Positions 16,018 to 20,313 of a DNA stretch of 20,313 nucleotides are shown here, piece by piece; position 1 is the first letter of the stretch, and every line of letters starts with the position of its first letter. The DNA lies in NCBI GenBank assembly GCA_037133055.1, contig JBAXOY010000050.1, positions 1-20,313 on the forward strand, read 5' to 3'. This stretch comes from Chlamydiota bacterium. GTDB taxonomy: Bacteria > Auribacterota > Tritonobacteria > UBA1439. The notes under the pieces were generated by a model. The model was given only the letters and a program-made list of their open reading frames with translations, was not told where the DNA came from and ran no database searches. The translations under genes and the position numbers were made by a program.

Positions 16018-16915
16018 ATCTCTTTCTCTCTAAGTTAACTTTACAATCTGGACATTGAAGCGTGGAACAAGGTGTTCCGCGCTGATGAGGGATCTTATAG
16101 CCGCATTTGGAACAGACACAATAACCACCGGAACCCTGTCCGACTGTCTCCCCTACCTCACCCTTAGCTCTGCCTTGCCTTTGCCAACCATAGCCCCGGC
16201 CAATAGCAGGTCTGTAAAATCCAGTTGCCACTTCATGACTATTAATTTGGATAGCAACATAAGAAAGATGATTAACCTCTTTCATCAGTTTTTCTCTTAA
16301 ACTATCAGATATTTTAGTCGCTTCTTCCACTTTTAAAGTGCTTGGCAGTGTTATTTCTAAATTGGCAGTGATGGCAGAACCCTTAAACAGGGCAAGCAAA
16401 GAATCAACACCGATCCAATATTTGGATAGAAATATATCGATACACACTGCGACCGAGGCATACACATCTACTCTTGAATGAAAACCATCGGAAAGCAGGG
16501 CCATTGAATTTTCTTTTTTCCCAAAATGGATTTTAACACGCGCCATTACTTCGTTGACCAGCGCCGAAATAATCATTACTCCAAAAGCCAATTTCCGGAT
16601 TTTGAACGAAGAAGGATGTACGGGGTTCTGACATGCCCTGAAAATAATCCCCGCTCCTGTCACAAATATAATTAGCGTGATAAAGAAACCAGCAAGAACC
16701 TCAAATTTATAATGACCGTACGGGTGTTTTTGGTCTTCCGGCTTTCCGGATATTTTGATTCCGATGTAGCCGATCGCTGAAGAAATAACATCCATAAAGG
16801 AATGAATACCCTCAGCCAAGACAGCGGCTGAGTTGGACAATATGCCGATGGCAACTTTCCCCCCGGCTAACACTATATTGGCCACTATTGATAGTGCCGC
16901 AATTAGTTCTTTCAT
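15995..16915 (-). CDS. Cation diffusion facilitator (FieF-like) with Cys-rich C-terminal extension; apparent in-frame internal deletion
   Basis: TM2 HSFMD, DQKHPYGH, TM5 HSRVD. TM6 appears cut short at DSLLALF/KGSAITANLEI. Tail GGYCVCSKCG...PCSTLQCPDC. Visibly AT-rich. Confidence 0.85.
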   Translation of the reverse strand: MKELIAALSIVANIVLAGGKVAIGILSNSAAVLAEGIHSFMDVISSAIGYIGIKISGKPEDQKHPYGHYKFEVLAGFFITLIIFVTGAGIIFRACQNPVHPSSFKIRKLAFGVMIISALVNEVMARVKIHFGKKENSMALLSDGFHSRVDVYASVAVCIDIFLSKYWIGVDSLLALFKGSAITANLEITLPSTLKVEEATKISDSLREKLMKEVNHLSYVAIQINSHEVATGFYRPAIGRGYGWQRQGRAKGEVGETVGQGSGGYCVCSKCGYKIPHQRGTPCSTLQCPDCKVNLERKRYAQTETV

Positions 16916-16986
16916 TTTAATTCAAAATCGTCCAACGTGCCGTTTTAGCCCATATAGTTGAGCGTGATGTCTCGGAACGTCATTCA

Positions 16987-17607
16987 TCATGGAGAGCAGT
17001 GTTCGGCGATCAATAGCTCCTGATGTTCTCCTCTGTATCGCCGGGTTCTGTGCCCTTGCATCCGCAGACAGTCGGCCAGGTCCTTGAATTGATAATGGAA
17101 CCGTGTGTGAGTGCGCCCCTCCGAGGCAAATACTCTGTCGAAAATACGGTATCCGGAGCGATCCAGATCGCTGAGCATGATTCTCCCGCCCGGCCTGAGT
17201 ACCCGCACCATTTCATGCACTGCCGTAATCGGCGTGCAAAAGTGATGAAGGGCGTTCATGGATACCACCGCATCAAAAGAACCATTGCGGAATGCCAAGC
17301 GTTCGGCGTTTTGAACCAGAAATTTGATTTTCCGGCTGACTCCCCTCCATGCAGCGTTTAGACGGGCAAAGCGTTGTTCGGAAGGATCGACATCCACCGT
17401 GGTAACAAAAGGAACTTCCGTAGCCAGGGCGCTTAGAAACCGGCCATTCCCCGTGCCGATCTCCAGTATGGCGCCAGCGAGGGGCAAAATAGTCGAGAGC
17501 ACAAATTGAATGCTTTTATCAAAGTCATAGCCATATTGCCGGAAGAGTTCATCCCTCTCCTGGAGGCGCGCATGATTCTGGTCGATTATTTTCTGAGAAT
17601 AGCGCAT
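16987..17607 (-). CDS. Class I SAM-dependent methyltransferase
   Basis: ILEIGTGNG, NAERLAFRNGSFDAVV, EMVRVLRPGG. Confidence 0.92.
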   Translation of the reverse strand: MRYSQKIIDQNHARLQERDELFRQYGYDFDKSIQFVLSTILPLAGAILEIGTGNGRFLSALATEVPFVTTVDVDPSEQRFARLNAAWRGVSRKIKFLVQNAERLAFRNGSFDAVVSMNALHHFCTPITAVHEMVRVLRPGGRIMLSDLDRSGYRIFDRVFASEGRTHTRFHYQFKDLADCLRMQGHRTRRYRGEHQELLIAEHCSP

Positions 17608-17651
17608 GGGGGATCACCCGGCACTCGATACTGTCTTGTGCATCTTATCCT

Positions 17652-18713
17652 TCATTCGAGCCTTGATAAGCCCGCATTACTTTTCCTTGCCCCGACAGGA
17701 TCACTCGCCGCCGAGAGCACACAACGGAGGGCATGAGAGGCTTTGACGCCGCAGCTCGATTTTGCGCCGTGACATGGCATTTTCTTCAGGCGCTCATATA
17801 CCGTTGTCATACTACGCGTGATGGCTGGAATGTTCTCCCCCTGTGCATATGCGAGGCCGGCGGCAAGAGAAGGCGCCGATTTGGTCGCCAAACCGCATTT
17901 GTCGGAGATTCTTTGGCGGATTTGGCTTAAATAGATCTGGGTCAGGAGCGAGAAAAGGACGGCGGGTAATGCCCGGCGACCTAGTTTCCGATAGAGGGCA
18001 CACAGCGGGACACCGAGAAAAATACCCTGGTTCCCCGAACCCGTTATCGTGACGACCGGAAGGGGTCGGCCGCTCATTCTTTTTGTGATGAGTCCTGCGA
18101 CACTGTCTGAGAGGGGATTTCCAGGATCACCTTTCACTTGATCCATGATGAAATCCCCGGCGATCGATTCAAGGCGCGTTGTGCGCCTATTAACTATCGC
18201 CGTAATTTCCTTCAGCCCCTTCAGCCTTGGAATCCGCTGTCGGCTTTTGCGATACACGCTTCCCCCGTTTCGTGTGATTGCAGTAATGGAATCATGGCGC
18301 CCCTTGACGGTAACCGTCACGGTCTCGCCGGGGGTTATAAGCACGGCCCGGATATAAATCCCGTGCTTCCTGGAGGGGACAACCGACAGCCATAAGCGAC
18401 GGGTGAGCAAGGGGTGCGCGCGCGGAACCTTCAGGCTCGCGAAAAGATTTAAGTCAGTTGAGGAGGAAAGCAGGCCGGCCGTCACCGCCGCTTTGATTCC
18501 TTTTCTATTGAATATCGGAACAACCGCGGTGGAAGCGTTGCGAAGCATTTCCGGGGACAATCTACGTACTACCTTGACCGCGTCGGGATCGAAGGGCCTT
18601 TTCAAATAGCGCTTCGCGCACTGCACCGCATAGGCGATCGGGGCCGGCTCCGTACAGCCAACAACCGTGGCTATTTCCTTTTGAAGCAGTTTTTCTATGC
18701 TGACGGGGCTCAT
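17652..18713 (-). CDS. L-cysteine desulfidase-like protein (CdsB/YhaM family, Fe-S serine dehydratase alpha-like)
   Basis: GCTEP, RMSG...GSGNQG, CG and CHGAKSSC motifs; ATGA overlap with trmO. Confidence 0.8.
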   Translation of the reverse strand: MSPVSIEKLLQKEIATVVGCTEPAPIAYAVQCAKRYLKRPFDPDAVKVVRRLSPEMLRNASTAVVPIFNRKGIKAAVTAGLLSSSTDLNLFASLKVPRAHPLLTRRLWLSVVPSRKHGIYIRAVLITPGETVTVTVKGRHDSITAITRNGGSVYRKSRQRIPRLKGLKEITAIVNRRTTRLESIAGDFIMDQVKGDPGNPLSDSVAGLITKRMSGRPLPVVTITGSGNQGIFLGVPLCALYRKLGRRALPAVLFSLLTQIYLSQIRQRISDKCGLATKSAPSLAAGLAYAQGENIPAITRSMTTVYERLKKMPCHGAKSSCGVKASHALRCVLSAASDPVGARKSNAGLSRLE

Positions 18714-19222
18714 CGTCGTGTCTTTTTTCTCCGAGGCGCAAAGCGGTCATCAGCGATGGTCCGATTCACAGGAGCATTTTCAAGCCAGCCATAACGGCTT
18801 TTTGGGAAAGAATCGACCATCGGGACATACGGTTTTATGTCGAGCAGAGGCGTCCCGTTGAGAATATCCACGTCTCCGATCCTTATCCTGTTCCCCCTTA
18901 TGGAAAGCACGCGAACACATGAGAGGCCGATGCGGTTCGGCCTGCACGGCGCGCGTGTCGCGAAGATCCCCCGCTCGACGATATCACGGAATGGAATGAC
19001 CCGCAGACGGGCCTCCGTGACGCGGTCGAGCAGGTAGATCAGCCAGATGCGCTCGAAACCAGCCAGGTCGCGCAACCCTTCCTTGTACTCCGGATACATC
19101 TCCACGCAGCCGCGGGCGTCCGCGGCGAACACGGTCTGTATCGGAGTGCCCGCGGCCTCCGTGAAGGGGGAGCGTATGACCCCGATGGGCCTGAGCGAAA
19201 GGGTGCATCTGCCGTCATTCAT
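18710..19222 (-). CDS. tsaA: tRNA m6t6A37 methyltransferase TrmO/TsaA family
   Basis: PIGVIRSPF, GIFATRAPCRPNRIGLS, DILNGTPLLDIKPY. Confidence 0.92.
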   Translation of the reverse strand: MNDGRCTLSLRPIGVIRSPFTEAAGTPIQTVFAADARGCVEMYPEYKEGLRDLAGFERIWLIYLLDRVTEARLRVIPFRDIVERGIFATRAPCRPNRIGLSCVRVLSIRGNRIRIGDVDILNGTPLLDIKPYVPMVDSFPKSRYGWLENAPVNRTIADDRFAPRRKKTRR

Positions 19223-19608
19223 GACTGATGGCAGCTCCCCCCTCCCGCCGCGTCGTGCCCCGCGCAGGACGCCTGCCGGTCCAGCTCAGGAAGGCGGCCC
19301 GCCGCGAGCAGGGAGAGCGTATCCGCGACCGTCCCTCCGCCCGCGTGAAAGACGCGGATCCCCGCCCTGCGGAAACCCATGAGCGCCCCGGCCCCGATCC
19401 CCCCGACGATGACCGCATCCACCGCGCGCCCGCCCAGCGCCTTGAACGGATTGCACGCGCCAGGTGTATGCACCTTGCCGCTGTTGTCGATCAGTTCGAC
19501 CGCATTGGATTTGTCGTCGACAAGAACAAACATCGGGGCTGACCCGAAATGACTGTGGACCTCGCTCTGGAGACCCTTGTTTTCTTTAACAGGTATAAGT
19601 ATCTTCAT
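19219..19608 (-). CDS. NifB/NifX-family (FeMo-cofactor-binding domain) protein
   Basis: MKILIP...VHSHFGSAPMFVLVD...H...C...VDAVIVGGIGAGA; C-terminal CAGH...CH; GGAGG SD. Confidence 0.9.
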   Translation of the reverse strand: MKILIPVKENKGLQSEVHSHFGSAPMFVLVDDKSNAVELIDNSGKVHTPGACNPFKALGGRAVDAVIVGGIGAGALMGFRRAGIRVFHAGGGTVADTLSLLAAGRLPELDRQASCAGHDAAGGGSCHQS

Positions 19609-19636
19609 AATTCAATCATCCTCCCGTCTGCTGTGG

Positions 19637-20149
19637 TTATTCCTTCCGCCCCTCTGATTTCTCCTCTTTCTGTTCCGCCCCTGCCGTCGAAACCGGTTTT
19701 TCGCCGCTCGCCGGCCCGCGGCGGGAGCCACGCCCCCATCCGGCTCCCCTGCCGCGGCCGAACTGCCTCCTCTGGCCGCATCCGCACGGGCCCATCCCCA
19801 ATCCCTGCCCTTTCACGACAGGCCCTGTTCCATCTCTTCCTGGCATTGTGATGCCTCCTTTCATTTGTATTGGACCGCCCTCCATTCGGAGCGCTTTCCC
19901 CTTCACCAGCGCCTCAGCGACTTTCCTGTGCGCCGACTCGATGAGGCGCGAGAAAGTGGGGCGTGATATTTGCATACGCTTTGCCGCATCCTCTTGATAT
20001 AACCCATCGAGATCAGCAAGCCGGAGCGCCTCCACCTCATCGAGTGTGACGACAACCTCCTCCAGTATCCGCAATGGAATGCCCGCTGGCTTGAAGTAGG
20101 TGACACCGGGTATACAACAGACCCTTCTAAGACATCGCGGCCTTGGCAT
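19637..20149 (-). CDS. DUF134 HTH protein fused to a DUF5320-like Gly/Arg-rich peptide
   Basis: MPRPR...YFKPAG...DEVEALRLADLDGLYQEDAAKRMQISRPTF...ARKV-like...GG, then MPGRDGTGP...GMGPCG...GRGRGAGWGRG. Confidence 0.9.
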   Translation of the reverse strand: MPRPRCLRRVCCIPGVTYFKPAGIPLRILEEVVVTLDEVEALRLADLDGLYQEDAAKRMQISRPTFSRLIESAHRKVAEALVKGKALRMEGGPIQMKGGITMPGRDGTGPVVKGQGLGMGPCGCGQRRQFGRGRGAGWGRGSRRGPASGEKPVSTAGAEQKEEKSEGRKE

Positions 20150-20176
20150 ACGATCGATCTCTCCCAGTATCAGAGT

Positions 20177-20205
20177 ATTATGAACGTATGTTCATTACAT
20201 GTCAA
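20177..20205 (-). promoter_or_regulatory. sigma70 promoter with operator palindrome for the DUF134 operon
   Basis: Minus strand TTGACA (20205-20200), 17 bp, CATAAT (20182-20177). Palindrome ATGAAC-GTAT-GTTCAT at 20180-20195. Confidence 0.85.
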
Positions 20206-20313
20206 CATGAATTTTGTCACAGAGAGCAGATTTAATATTTGGAAAATGGTGCAGTACTGGCTAGGAGCCTGTCCGAGTAATCGCTTGCAGAGCCTCTTTT
20301 TGCTCTGAACTGC

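Noticed and set aside
19219..19608. Nitrogen fixation inferred from the NifB/NifX-family gene
   Set aside because: No nifHDK or nifEN here; this domain is widespread in non-diazotroph DUF134 operons.

Overview
A GC-rich bacterial chromosomal window with about 21 plausible protein genes and no rRNA, tRNA, CRISPR array or transposase that I can see. Left part (1-8031): a conserved-looking lipoprotein whose stop codon lies at the window edge (missed by the ORF track), a YhgE/Pip membrane protein, a GluR0-like ligand-gated K+ channel (TVGYGD) convergent with a large MscS/MscK-type channel, and a radical SAM protein. Middle (8131-12616): a DEDDh 3'-5' exonuclease with a WYL-like C-terminal domain, a stand-alone vWA protein, a toxin-first RelE/Phd toxin-antitoxin pair behind a near-consensus sigma70 promoter, and three small secreted repeat proteins, one behind a sigma54-type promoter. 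Right part (12838-20313, minus strand): an ABC ATPase-permease-TPR trio and an AT-richer mosaic operon. That operon encodes a DUF134 regulator fused to a DUF5320-like peptide, a NifB/NifX-family protein, TrmO/TsaA, a cysteine desulfidase-like protein, a SAM methyltransferase, an apparently internally deleted CDF transporter with a Cys-rich tail, a stub of a second DUF134 gene, and an Fe-S-binding protein. It has a clear promoter with an operator palindrome. The best candidates for undescribed biology are this sulfur/metal/methylation operon, the exonuclease-WYL fusion beside vWA and the TA pair, and the secreted repeat-protein cluster. All family calls come from motif recognition by eye, not database searches.
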